DNA from: Candidatus Bathyarchaeota archaeon
GTDB taxonomy: Archaea > Thermoproteota > Bathyarchaeia > Bathyarchaeales > Bathycorpusculaceae
Assembly (NCBI GenBank): GCA_963707955.1
Contig: OY970176.1
Coordinates: forward strand, 960,001-1,024,000
Direction: 5' to 3'
Length of the DNA: 64,000 nt
Part shown: positions 38,350 to 48,677 of the stretch, piece after piece
How positions within the stretch are numbered: the first letter of the stretch is position 1
Layout: every line of letters begins with the position of its first letter
The notes under the pieces: generated by a model
The model's input: only the letters and a program-made list of their open reading frames with translations
Told to the model about the DNA's origin: nothing
The model's database searches: none
Made by a program: the position numbers and the translations under genes

Positions 38350-38753
38350 GCGCGCGCGTTTGCCCTGCCAAAGATGAAGAAGGCGATGCCGGAGTAAATC
38401 GGGTAGAACCATTCGACTGCAATCCAGTAACCTTTCGACAGAGTTATTTGCAGGTTTAAGACAAGGGCAACATCATCTAGGCTGATTAATGCGAGAGCGA
38501 AAAGATACGAAAGCAACACCAGCATGGTCACCACGTTGAATCTTAAGCCGCCCTTTACTTTGCCATAGAGCAAGAAAACCACAATTGAGGCAAGCGCGTA
38601 CAGGACATCAAGGGGCTTCCAGAAGGCATGTCCAAAAATCACATCTAGATTTCCAACGTAGCCTACTAAATGTGCATCTCCAAAAGTGAGTAAAATTAGG
38701 AGTGCACCGAAAGCAAGTGCTGTAATTTCGCTTTTGAAACCCATGTTTTCCAT
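38313..38753 (-). CDS. four-TM membrane protein; last codons run through a (CG)n tract into the neighbour's antisense strand
   Basis: Hydrophobic segments; ends ...FFIFGRANARAQIDFGRGIKSQ. Confidence 0.7.
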   Translation of the reverse strand: MENMGFKSEITALAFGALLILLTFGDAHLVGYVGNLDVIFGHAFWKPLDVLYALASIVVFLLYGKVKGGLRFNVVTMLVLLSYLFALALISLDDVALVLNLQITLSKGYWIAVEWFYPIYSGIAFFIFGRANARAQIDFGRGIKSQ

Positions 38754-39106
38754 AACCTGAGCGTAAAAACAGCAGAAATACTGTTAAGTCTTTTGTGTTG
38801 ATCAGCGCGCGCGGCATCTTCTTGCCCAGTCATGATTACGCCTCATACTTCGGAGTTCTCGGCGCAGTATCACTTCTGTCAATGCCGCTGTATCCCCTGT
38901 GCGCTAAGTATCTGCGTAAGAACGCGAATAATCAATCGGAGCATGAAACGACAGTGCGCGCTGAAGCTTCAGGCTTTTGATCGTTGAAGCTTTTGTCCTC
39001 TCTTCGTCACTTCATTGCAGACGTATGCAACATTGAGGCAGTTTCAATCCCACGTTGATAATATTATGGTTTTACCGTCCTGACCGTAGAAAGCATCTTT
39101 GATTCC

Positions 39107-40015
39107 TTAGATGTGCGCGCGTTTACACTTTGGGCACAATCTGTTTCTTGACTTCTTGTCTTGGACGAATAGTCTGTTGCATCCAATTCCTTTCCCAGGA
39201 TGTGAGCAGACAAAAACTCCACGTCTTCTTTCGTCTTCGGTTTTGGCATAGACTGTCCAATAGATCTCCTTTATGACACCCGTGGGGCTCACCTCGCCGA
39301 TCTCAGCCATGGCATCGCTTCCCAATTCCCACCCGTGCCTAGTGGCCGGACGGATATCGCGGTCGGTAACGATTTCCTCACCGACTTGGGAGATGAGGAA
39401 GCTTTTGAATTGCTTGACATCTGGGTGAACACTGAAGTAGACGACCCTAGACACGTATCCGCCGGGGCAGACGTATGCTCCGATGACATTATCCGAGTCG
39501 GATCGCAGGTCTATGAAGGAGGAAGGGCTATCGCAGTGCCTGTAACATTGTCCCTCGAACGTTAGGTAAACTTCCACAAACTCCTTCAACGATTTACGAT
39601 GAGATGATGAGTGAGGATGCGAGATAGCCGGTTGTTTATGTGCGAGACTTTGATAGTAACTGCTCGAAAACAGCGCTTTCCAAGAACCTTCTGTCACCGA
39701 AACTGCCTCTGAAAAACCAGTTAATACGTGATCGACTCTCCCGTCCATGTGTTCAACAAAGACTTGAGGGATAAGATAATCCTCCGACCAATCGCCGTGT
39801 TCTTCGACGAGCCTGTCAGCTGCCTCAAGCTGCTCGGGGATCTCTATGTCAAGAGTAAGAAGCGGAACCCCAAGGTCTCTGGACATTTTGTTAGCATTAC
39901 GCAGAGAAAACGGTACACAGTGAGGACAATAATTCGCAAAAACGATAATGACTCGCTTAATCAATCCCCTGCGCCTCTCCCAGCTCCGCAACGACGCTCT
40001 TCGTCGCAGACACAA
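39107..40015 (-). CDS. thioredoxin/glutaredoxin-like (CPHC) domain plus Cys-rich C-terminal domain
   Basis: FANYCPHC, LIPQVFV, C-terminal CPKC; start probably TTG near 39964. Confidence 0.65.
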   Translation of the reverse strand: MCLRRRASLRSWERRRGLIKRVIIVFANYCPHCVPFSLRNANKMSRDLGVPLLTLDIEIPEQLEAADRLVEEHGDWSEDYLIPQVFVEHMDGRVDHVLTGFSEAVSVTEGSWKALFSSSYYQSLAHKQPAISHPHSSSHRKSLKEFVEVYLTFEGQCYRHCDSPSSFIDLRSDSDNVIGAYVCPGGYVSRVVYFSVHPDVKQFKSFLISQVGEEIVTDRDIRPATRHGWELGSDAMAEIGEVSPTGVIKEIYWTVYAKTEDERRRGVFVCSHPGKGIGCNRLFVQDKKSRNRLCPKCKRAHI

Positions 40016-40530
40016 TTAAAGACTTGCTACGAGGAGACGGACTTAGCATGTTATGTACCCAAAGCGCGCGCTGTATCATTTTTTTTGCACGGTCTGTAAT
40101 TTCGGCGCATGCGCTCAAATCAAGAGAATAAACGAATGAAAGGAACTATGAGGCACGCGTGAAGAGAATGCCATGCACCACGTAAGAGAGAAAGCTAGCG
40201 CGCTCGCAGGGACTTGAAACCCGCGGGGTGAATTTGTACTGTTTCCCTTTTTTTCTGTCACAGTACACATGCCTTTATGTTTATCAACATCGTCATTCAA
40301 CCCCCTCCTCTTTTTCTACGCCAGCGCAGTAGCCACCTAGCGAACACGCGCCAGAACCCTGTGAAATCACGTTTACCGACAATCTTATCGAAGGCGACTT
40401 TCAGTTCATTCAGCCATTACAAAAGTGTAGCGCGCGCTGGGTTTGGGGACGGGCAGTTCAGGTTTTTTCTCTATTATTTCTTGACCTTAATCGACACGCA
40501 CCAATTTACCAGTTAGAGCTCAGTTTTGAC

Positions 40531-41961
40531 CTATTTTGAGGAAAAAAGCGTAATTTGTAATTTGCGGATTGGCGTTTGTTTGTTCTTTTTTCTTTTTTTG
40601 GCGGCTAACACCGTCAGTAATAGTAGCGCGGCTAGTGTTAGGAGCGGTAGTGCGGTTGCTGTTGGGTATTCCGGTATGACGCCTGTACCGATTATCTGGA
40701 TGCTGTGGGTGATTTGGCTGGAGTTGAGGTAGATGCTTGTGTAGGTTTGGTTTTCAGTTATCACGGCTTCGGCGGTGATGTCCGTTCCGTCTAAGAACAC
40801 CTTCCAAGGACCGCTCAGTAGAGCCGTGGGTGTTGAAAGGTTGAAGTAGCCTGTGGTGTTGGCCGGGCCATTCAGGTTGAACGTGACTTCCTTGTCTGCT
40901 TGGTCAAAGTTGAACGCTGATACAGTGCTGTTGCTGACGAGCGAAACCGGGAAGACCGTGTTATCCCAGAAAACCTGAAGCGGGTTCACGGGGTTTATGA
41001 GCGGATAGTAGTCAACACCATGCCAAGGCAGGTTAGTGTCGCCCACGCCGTCGCCAGCGACTCTCCCGCCGCTGCCGTTATCTAGGCCAGTGTAATCGCT
41101 CCAGTAGTTCCCTCTTCCTCCCGCGCTCCAAATGTCAGTTTTAGAGAAATTTTCTGTTGTCGGTCCAAGAATATTGATAAAGTTGTTACTGAGGAATGTG
41201 TTGTTGTATTCAGCAGAGCTAATCACAGCGCTGCTATTTTCGATGTCATTCGTCAATATGGAGTTGCTGCTAGAGCTGTCCAGAACGATTGCTCCAAAGG
41301 AGCAATTCGTTATAACGTTGTCGCTCATGGTGTTGTTGGCAGATGCTTCAAAGTAGATTCCATATCCAAATATCAGGCCTACGTTCGAGCCTATTGTTGA
41401 AGACACGATATTGCGTGAAATGTTGCCGAAGAAAGAGTTGTCCAGCACTATCCCCGCAACGCCGCAGTACGTTATGACGTTCCCGCTTACGACGGAGCTG
41501 TTAGAATGATCAACGTAGAGACCCATGCCGCAGTACGTTATGACGTTTTCGCTTACGACGGAGCTGTTAGAATGATCAACGTAAAAACCCCATGAACTGT
41601 TTCTCACAGTGAAGCCATCGACTAGGACGTTGTCAGCTGTTAATGTAATGGCGTTGCCACCGTTGGACCCGTCTATTATCGTGTCTTCCTTGTCTGTTCC
41701 CAAGAGTGTCAGTGTCTTGTTTATGGTCACGTGCTCGTAGTAGATTCCGCTGTCTACAAGGATTGTGCTTCCATTCTGTGCAGCGTTGATTGCCTCTTGA
41801 ATTGTTGGAAAATCGCTCGGCACCCTAATGATGTTTGCATCAGCCTTAACAGTAGCAGCTTGGAAGCACGGCACCAAAGCCACCAAAAACAGAAATACTA
41901 ACGCCAAAAATGCAAATGCGTTAGAGAAGTCGCATCTAAAGCCCAAGGTTTTCCTCGCCAT
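40531..41961 (-). CDS. NosD/pectin-lyase beta-helix surface protein with C-terminal IPEY-TM anchor
   Basis: VPSDFPTIQEAINAA, GIYYE, GNYWSDY, IPEYP + TM + basic tail. Confidence 0.88.
   Translation of the reverse strand: MARKTLGFRCDFSNAFAFLALVFLFLVALVPCFQAATVKADANIIRVPSDFPTIQEAINAAQNGSTILVDSGIYYEHVTINKTLTLLGTDKEDTIIDGSNGGNAITLTADNVLVDGFTVRNSSWGFYVDHSNSSVVSENVITYCGMGLYVDHSNSSVVSGNVITYCGVAGIVLDNSFFGNISRNIVSSTIGSNVGLIFGYGIYFEASANNTMSDNVITNCSFGAIVLDSSSSNSILTNDIENSSAVISSAEYNNTFLSNNFINILGPTTENFSKTDIWSAGGRGNYWSDYTGLDNGSGGRVAGDGVGDTNLPWHGVDYYPLINPVNPLQVFWDNTVFPVSLVSNSTVSAFNFDQADKEVTFNLNGPANTTGYFNLSTPTALLSGPWKVFLDGTDITAEAVITENQTYTSIYLNSSQITHSIQIIGTGVIPEYPTATALPLLTLAALLLLTVLAAKKRKKNKQTPIRKLQITLFSSK
41461..41583. 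repeat. 66-bp-period tandem duplication of one beta-helix turn
   Basis: YVDHSNSSVVS(E/G)NVITYCG twice; the 57-bp cores differ at 2 nt. Confidence 0.9.
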
Positions 41962-42027
41962 ACAATCATGGAAAGAACTTATATATATAATATTTGTTGA
42001 ATATATCTCAAGCTTGGAGAAGCGTTA

Positions 42028-45000
42028 ATGAAAAGATTGATTTGCGCAGTGTTGGTAACTGTCTTTTTCATTTCCTCGATTCCAGCCTTCACACTCGCTG
42101 CAGGCTCGGAGGCGCAAGCTGTACAGTTCAGAACCGTGTGGGAAAACCCGTACACGCTGACAACGTATCATCCGGACAACGAGGTCAACTCCACCTTCTA
42201 CACGTTTCCACAGGTGATTTGGAACGGCTCCCAGTACGTCAACTACATCCTGAACTCGTCCGACATGAGCGCAGGCATAGGCTCAGTGTACATCAAAGTC
42301 TGCCCCGACCACACGGTTTTCTACGATCCCCACCAGAAGGAGGAGGAAATAGAGAGTGAAAGCTGGAATGTCGAATGTTACAACACTTCAAGCCTGGAAT
42401 GGGAAACTGACTGTCCCATAAGCAACAGCGTCTGCTACCTGGTTAATTCGTCGGGCATATACTTCGACAGAACAACCATCCTCCGTTCAGGCGCCACCCT
42501 TGACGAGCAGTACTGGCTTAGAATAGGTTCAGAGCTGAAGATCTCAGTCACACTTCATCCCGTCCAAGCCACCGAATACAGTCTGATCTGGCAACTCGGC
42601 GGAGTTTCAGGCACAAAGGCACGGTGGCTCACGACAACACAGAACATAACTGCACAGCTCGTGAATGATCCGTCTTGCTCAAGTGTACAATTCGCCAGCG
42701 GCAACGAGTCCAAATCCCTCGTGGACTGGTCTGACGCCTTCATCTTCAACGAATCAACCGAGAAATACACAACGTGTTTTCAGCAGCTCGAATTCCAGAA
42801 AGGCGTTTCCGATGGCCAATGCCAAGCGAGAATATCGTTCGGAGACTTTATGTTAGCACCTGAAGAACCTTTGACGCTAGATCCCTATGTTGCTACCTTC
42901 AATTCAACAGGAGCCTCGTCGGGCTTTATCGAACAATACGGGCTTTCTTATCCTCCCCCCCTTCCCAACGGGGGAACACTCGTCGACACAGGTGATTCCC
43001 TTTATGTGGGTCAGAATTACAATCAGGGAAACGGCGGTTACATGATAGATCGAAGCTATCTCAGTTTCGACACATCGTCGATTCCTGCTATGGCCTACAA
43101 CATGAGCGCGACTCTGCAGTTGGAGGCGGGCCTTCTTAGTTCTCTAGTTAATTTCACGGTGCAAGTTTGGGGTGGCAACCAGCCCGTCTGCAGCGGCAAC
43201 CTCACGATTATGGATGGAACCCAGCCCATTTACAACGACGATCTGAACGCTGACAGCTGGGGTAGTGGAAGGGTTCAAGTAGCTGCGTGGAACACCGCAA
43301 ACTACCAGAGCGGCGTTTACGTCAACCTAACGATCCCTCCCAACCAAATCAACAAAGTGGACAGCACAGAGTTTGAGCTGAACTCGAGCAGAGAGGGAAC
43401 GCCGCCAGGGGGAGACGAGTTCGTCCAATTCTACGGTGACAACTCAACAGGCAACGGGCCAGAACTCGAAGTAAGCTACTGTCTAGACACGGTGACCATC
43501 AACGGGGAAACTTGGTTTTATCGTAATGCCAGCACTAGTAAGGTTGTAATCGTCCTATTCGGCGCTTACTGGTACGAAGATCATTTAGAGATTAGATCCA
43601 TTGATTGGCTAGGCGATCTTTCATATAACGACCGTCCTGAGAAAGACATCGGGAAGATAATGTTCATTGATGCTTTGATCGCAAGTGGATTTTCAGTTTA
43701 TACGCCAAGCTGCTCAAGCATAAACCCGGTGGATGCACCGAGCCAAGCCATTGGTTATGTAAGCAACTATAAATCCGATTCGACTTGGGTGCAAGATCTG
43801 ACTATGGATCTCATGTACAATGCAAGCTACACACAAGTGTATCTCTTCGGATTTTCTGGAGGAGGAATTGTTGTTGGGAATGAGATTCAGAAGGACTATG
43901 CTTTCAGATTCTCCGCCGCGGTAATGAATTGTGCTGTTGTTGATTGGAGTATTGCCACGGGTCAAATATACCATACTGCTGGCACTTCATCCAAAGCGAG
44001 GGTGGCCACGTCTTTCGTGGAAAATGTGAATGACACGCTGTCCACACTGCCCCCCACGATTGTCTACAATCAAATGCTTTCGTACTGGGGTAATGAGACC
44101 GTCCAAAAAGAGTGGCACGATTGGATGGGTGGTCATGGAGATTTCTTCACGCCCAATTGCACTTGCCTGGACCCACCTTACGAGAATGATTCGGTGGCAG
44201 TTATCGGCTGGTTCAACGCCTATCACCCGCCCAACACCCCTTTTATTGCAACTGGCAGTCAAACCATCGTTGCAAACACCGGTTACTCGTACTCTTCAGG
44301 CACGGTCGATCCTAACGGCCAAAACGTTTCATACCAGTTCAACTGGGGAGATGGGACGAGCAACACCACGGGATATTACCCCTCTGGAACGAATGTTACC
44401 TGCACTCATGCATGGTCCAACCAGGGTTCTTATAACATCACAGTGCTTGCACAGGACAGTCAGAACTCAAGCTTTTGGTCTCCACCGTTAACTGTAAACG
44501 TGTACTCCGCAAGCATAACAGGGTGCAACGTCTACTACAGCGATGCCTCGCAGAACCTGACAACTTTCGACATGGACGCACAACAAGATTATAATGTGAC
44601 CGTGAACTTCACATGGCATGCCGCGAGGACATACGATGTCTCTCTGCTTGTCGCCGTGCTCAATCCCAATGGTGTGTGGGCGTGGTACTCATATCCCGGT
44701 GTGTATTTCGATGTTTTGGATCCAAATAACTACACAGAACCCCTGCAAATAATGAAATGGATTCCTTCAGCAGGAACCGGCACCCTAATGATAACTCTTA
44801 CGTCCAATAGCTCCTACTGTGCAGTTCCATGGAACGAGGCTGTTAAGATCGTAAGCTCGAATAACCCTCCTAACTCGCCATCGTTTACCTATGGCACTTG
44901 GTCAGGATATAACGGAACTATCTATAATTACGGTGCCAACGCCACAGACCCCGACGGAGACAACATCCAGTACGTTTTCAACTGGGGCGACGGAACGGCC

Positions 45001-46053
45001 AACACGACGACGGCTTGGAGTGCATCAGGCGTGCAGGGAACCGCACACCACAAATGGACGTCGCCGGGAACGTACAACATCACGGTCTACGTGTATGACC
45101 CCTACAGAGCGTGCAGCAGCAACACCACCACGGTCACCATGACCCAAAGAGGCGGCGGCTGTCCATACGTTTACGATTGGAACGGCTCGGCATACGTGAA
45201 GGACAACAACATCTTGCCAGCGTCCGAGAATGGTAACGGCACCGACACCAAAGACTACTACCTGCTTCAGCAACCCCTCGTGCCCGTTTTCAGCACGAAG
45301 CAAAAGTCTGTGTACTCGCTGCAGATCGGCGAGTTCGAAAACGACACAGACTACATCGACCAGGCTCAACTCATAGCCGTAGACCATTCGCAGGGCACTG
45401 GCATAGCAGTGACCCAGCAGGGCCAAATCATCGCGTACAAGAACCTGGCCTCTCCCATAACGTGCATTGACAACAACGACAACAGCGAGCTGGCCGAGAT
45501 AAGCAGCATGAACGGAAACGTCTCCGACCCCTCCACGTACTATCAAGGCAACAAAGGCGACTGGCTACTCTTAGACTTCGGCACGGTCACAGGCCCCCAC
45601 GCCAACCTCATCCTAAGAGACGACATGAAATGCATCGCGGACAACTGCATAGACGTGCAGGTGCCTAACGCTACAGGCGGATGGCAAACGATTGACGTGC
45701 TGAACCCCAGAGACTTCTGGAGCATGGAAGCAGTCAACATGACAGCCTACCTGCCCGCGAACGGCGACTTCATCGTCAGACTGTTGTGGACGCAAACCCA
45801 CAGGCTCGACTACGTGGGACTCGACACTTCACCGCCCGCTCCAGTACAAGTAAGCTCAGCACCGCCAACACTGGCCATCCACTCAACTTTAGGCAACGTG
45901 ACTTCAAAGCTGCTGTACGACGACGAACAGTGCGTGGAACTAGTCAACGGCCAGCAGATAACAATATGGTTCACCCTGCCCAGCCAAGCAAAAGGCACGA
46001 CAAGAAGCTTCATCCTCTACACAGACGGCTACTACTACACGATAACACCATAG
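42028..46053 (+). CDS. 1341-aa secreted multidomain protein (alpha/beta-hydrolase-like core, two PKD-like domains)
   Basis: Signal peptide; GFSGGG nucleophile elbow; two DP.G..V.Y.FNWGDGT...H.W...G.YNITV units; GGGCPYVYDWNG domain. Confidence 0.8.
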   Translation: MKRLICAVLVTVFFISSIPAFTLAAGSEAQAVQFRTVWENPYTLTTYHPDNEVNSTFYTFPQVIWNGSQYVNYILNSSDMSAGIGSVYIKVCPDHTVFYDPHQKEEEIESESWNVECYNTSSLEWETDCPISNSVCYLVNSSGIYFDRTTILRSGATLDEQYWLRIGSELKISVTLHPVQATEYSLIWQLGGVSGTKARWLTTTQNITAQLVNDPSCSSVQFASGNESKSLVDWSDAFIFNESTEKYTTCFQQLEFQKGVSDGQCQARISFGDFMLAPEEPLTLDPYVATFNSTGASSGFIEQYGLSYPPPLPNGGTLVDTGDSLYVGQNYNQGNGGYMIDRSYLSFDTSSIPAMAYNMSATLQLEAGLLSSLVNFTVQVWGGNQPVCSGNLTIMDGTQPIYNDDLNADSWGSGRVQVAAWNTANYQSGVYVNLTIPPNQINKVDSTEFELNSSREGTPPGGDEFVQFYGDNSTGNGPELEVSYCLDTVTINGETWFYRNASTSKVVIVLFGAYWYEDHLEIRSIDWLGDLSYNDRPEKDIGKIMFIDALIASGFSVYTPSCSSINPVDAPSQAIGYVSNYKSDSTWVQDLTMDLMYNASYTQVYLFGFSGGGIVVGNEIQKDYAFRFSAAVMNCAVVDWSIATGQIYHTAGTSSKARVATSFVENVNDTLSTLPPTIVYNQMLSYWGNETVQKEWHDWMGGHGDFFTPNCTCLDPPYENDSVAVIGWFNAYHPPNTPFIATGSQTIVANTGYSYSSGTVDPNGQNVSYQFNWGDGTSNTTGYYPSGTNVTCTHAWSNQGSYNITVLAQDSQNSSFWSPPLTVNVYSASITGCNVYYSDASQNLTTFDMDAQQDYNVTVNFTWHAARTYDVSLLVAVLNPNGVWAWYSYPGVYFDVLDPNNYTEPLQIMKWIPSAGTGTLMITLTSNSSYCAVPWNEAVKIVSSNNPPNSPSFTYGTWSGYNGTIYNYGANATDPDGDNIQYVFNWGDGTANTTTAWSASGVQGTAHHKWTSPGTYNITVYVYDPYRACSSNTTTVTMTQRGGGCPYVYDWNGSAYVKDNNILPASENGNGTDTKDYYLLQQPLVPVFSTKQKSVYSLQIGEFENDTDYIDQAQLIAVDHSQGTGIAVTQQGQIIAYKNLASPITCIDNNDNSELAEISSMNGNVSDPSTYYQGNKGDWLLLDFGTVTGPHANLILRDDMKCIADNCIDVQVPNATGGWQTIDVLNPRDFWSMEAVNMTAYLPANGDFIVRLLWTQTHRLDYVGLDTSPPAPVQVSSAPPTLAIHSTLGNVTSKLLYDDEQCVELVNGQQITIWFTLPSQAKGTTRSFILYTDGYYYTITP

Positions 46054-46203
46054 AAAGCAAAACCTAGAAACCCAAACCACATTCCTTTTTTTGTCCAGTG
46101 TACATGCCTTTACGTCCATGGCTTTGTCCTTATCATACAGCGTGCGCGGCTGGGTTTTCGCGCGCGCGCTCGTGTCGAAAAATAGCAAATCTTGGGGTTC
46201 CAT

Positions 46204-46505
46204 CAAATCCTGAACGGAGCAGTTTTCTCATAAACTGTAGAAGCTACACGTCCGAGATTTTTTCGCTGAAGGGAACTGCTCCTTTTTTCCTCTGCACGGT
46301 TTTTCTGCTTTTGTTTAGTTTAGTTCGTAAATTCCGTGAGCTATCATAAGGAAGCCGATTACGACGCCTATTATCCCCAAAGGCAGCTCATACAACCCAA
46401 TGCCCACCAGAACAGCCCCTACAAGAATAGGTACACCAACTCTGAGGCCTCCCCTTCTCAGCAGAAGACCCATGAAGTCGTATATCTCGGACTCCTCTTC
46501 ACTCA
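46204..46505 (-). pseudogene. frameshifted small membrane protein
   Basis: LRVGVPILVGAVLVGIGLYELP then, after a shift in a G run, IIGVVIGFLMIAHGIYEL. Confidence 0.4.
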
Positions 46506-46598
46506 GTCTTCAACACCTTTTCATTTTCTATCAAAATCCCATTAAAATCCCTATCGAGAGTATGCTCAGAACGATCGTACTCTTTTGTCATTCATTCA

Positions 46599-47073
46599 TT
46601 AAGACATCTTCTTGACATATTCGAGAACCTTTGGGATTCTGCTCGTCCCAGCTACAGTCAGTGCGGGAATGGCTCCCATGAGTACCATGAGCGGCCCAAC
46701 CAGTCCCGCAGGCGGTTCGTGGCTGAAGAAAAGGTTTGGAGATGCAAACTCGAAGGCGAAGAACACGACGTTCATTACAAGTATGGCTTCAGCCATGAGC
46801 CCACACCAAACAAGAGCAAATCGAACTTGGAATCTTCTGGTCCTTAAATGGCTGTAGAATAACTCAGACAAAACTGCCTGGAATGAGAATAATAGTGAGA
46901 GAAACAGTCATGAACACGCGTACAGCGGGAAAGAATGCCATCTGTCGATTCACTCCGAACGCGTCCCCGATCAGAGGCCACCCGAACAATATCAAGAAAC
47001 CGACAGCGAAAACATAGACTAACAGGAGATAATTGTAGAGGTCTGACCATCGGTAGCCGTAGTCTTTGCTCAT
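46599..47073 (-). pseudogene. multi-TM membrane protein split by a frameshift near 46870
   Basis: ORFs 46864-47073 and 46599-46871 overlap at a T run and read as one four-TM protein. Confidence 0.5.
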
Positions 47074-47298
47074 AAAGTCAACCTAACCCGTATACGCCAG
47101 CCCTAACGCCAGCAGACCCAAACATATCGTAGCAATACCGAAGTCAGGGGTCAGGATCCAGCACGTAAACCCAAGCGCCATACTTATCTCGCTGATAATG
47201 TCAGTTATGAAGCTATTATACGTTTGCAGCATGTGTCGTGCCAGCGTCGTTGAATAAGCGCGCAGATACTAGAGAACAGTACAAATTCGCAATGTTTA

Positions 47299-47321
47299 TG
47301 GCGGGCCCGCCGGGATTTGAA
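47299..47321 (-). other. isolated tRNA 3' fragment (T-loop to CCA), att-like
   Basis: Reverse complement TTCAAATCCCGGCGGGCCCGCCA. Confidence 0.75.
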
Positions 47322-47330
47322 TACGAATTA

Positions 47331-47409
47331 TGGTGCGGTCGCCGGGATTTGAACCCGGGATCGCAAGCTTGGAGGGCTTGCGTCCTAAACCAGACTAGAC
47401 CACGACCGC
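47331..47409 (-). tRNA. tRNA-Gly(UCC), CCA encoded, no intron
   Basis: GCGGTCG/CGACCGC acceptor, CAAGC-CCTCCAA-GCTTG anticodon arm, CCGGG-TTCAAAT-CCCGG. Confidence 0.95.
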
Positions 47410-47458
47410 TCTATTTTGTGCAGTACATTAGCATTGGTGGGCTAGATAAGATTTCTTT

Positions 47459-48124
47459 TCATTCCCTGCGCGGCTTTTCCTCTGGCTTAAACAGTTTTTT
47501 CTCATACTTCGGTCTCGGCCTGAAACTTCCATGAAGGGCAGGCATGGATGTTCGTTGCCTTTCGAGATTCCTGATTCGCGCATACAGCTTCGAAACCCTC
47601 GTCTTGGAAGGTATCTTGGATCTGGGAATCTTAACGTGAACTGGGGTGAATGGTTTCTTGATTTCAGTGAACGCACGTTTCCTTCTGGTCTGTACCTGCT
47701 TCACTTTTCTGAAGAGAACGTAACCCTCTTTCACATTGACTTCCCGAACTTCCCAGCCAGCGTCCAGCCAACCGTGGGCGTGCGGACTGCTCGGCGAGTT
47801 GTCCCACCATTTCTCGCTGCGGTACGCGCTCATCGGCAGGTTCTCGCCGATTATGCCATCAATTCGTGCAAAACTAAGCTTGACGCTTCCGGTGAAGGCT
47901 CCTCTGAACCGCAGGTAACCCGTAAGACCAACATACTTGGAAACGGTCGTTCGTGAGACAACTCTTCTTGCACAGTTCAGACAGAACAATCTGGTTGGGT
48001 CACCTGTCACGACGTCAGGGATCATGCAGTCCCTGCAGTAAAACCGTCCGCATCTCTGGCACCGCCTGAGATAACTTGTTCGAAGCACTCTCTTGCAGAT
48101 TCCACATTCGTCCTTGAACGGCAT
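47459..48124 (-). CDS. Zn-finger (four CxxC) protein with SKY..L..YL domain
   Basis: CGIC, CQRC, CRDC, CLNC; LSF..I..IIG..LP.SA...WW.N...W..AGW. Confidence 0.75.
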   Translation of the reverse strand: MPFKDECGICKRVLRTSYLRRCQRCGRFYCRDCMIPDVVTGDPTRLFCLNCARRVVSRTTVSKYVGLTGYLRFRGAFTGSVKLSFARIDGIIGENLPMSAYRSEKWWDNSPSSPHAHGWLDAGWEVREVNVKEGYVLFRKVKQVQTRRKRAFTEIKKPFTPVHVKIPRSKIPSKTRVSKLYARIRNLERQRTSMPALHGSFRPRPKYEKKLFKPEEKPRRE

Positions 48125-48262
48125 CTAAGCCTCCCACATCTACCAGGTGACCTATGTGACTAAGGAGAAGCTGTTGATATAAATCTCCTCTCCCTTGAAA
48201 GTGTACTTGAAATTCATAAGGGAATTAAGGACAAGTTGCACCAGTGCATGTTGTGAAAGAGC

Positions 48263-48676
48263 TTGCTCTTCAGTGAGTACCTTCACGAGAAAGCCGAGGA
48301 ATCGAGGCACAACGAGACCCTCGGCTATCTCATAGTAATAATTGGCTCTTTGTTCTTCATCGGAGGGCTTCTTGTGACGGTGATAACGGTTGCGAACCCA
48401 CAATGGTTCTTGATAATACCTTACCACCTGACGCCGAATCCGTACAGCCTTCTCAGTTTGTCCATGACTTCTGCGGGCCTCACCCTGCTCATCACTGGAA
48501 TAGCTTTAGGGATACACTACGCTAGAGAAAGATCATGGTACATGCAAGAATTGCACAGGTCACATTCAATGGAAGAACAGACACTTAAACTCGATAGGAA
48601 AGTTGAAACGAAAGTGCAGTGGCCGGAAATGGCTGAGACTCAGGCGGAGAGCAAAGCAGAAAGTTCAGGTCAGTAG
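48263..48676 (+). CDS. two-TM membrane protein
   Basis: Two hydrophobic segments, TTG start. Confidence 0.7.
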   Translation: MLFSEYLHEKAEESRHNETLGYLIVIIGSLFFIGGLLVTVITVANPQWFLIIPYHLTPNPYSLLSLSMTSAGLTLLITGIALGIHYARERSWYMQELHRSHSMEEQTLKLDRKVETKVQWPEMAETQAESKAESSGQ

Positions 48677-48677
48677 T

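Noticed and set aside
40197-40225. tRNA-like T-arm fragment on the minus strand (GCGGGTTTCAAGTCCCTGC)
   Set aside because: Wrong loop length, no CCA and no match to the tRNAs in the window; too degenerate to call.
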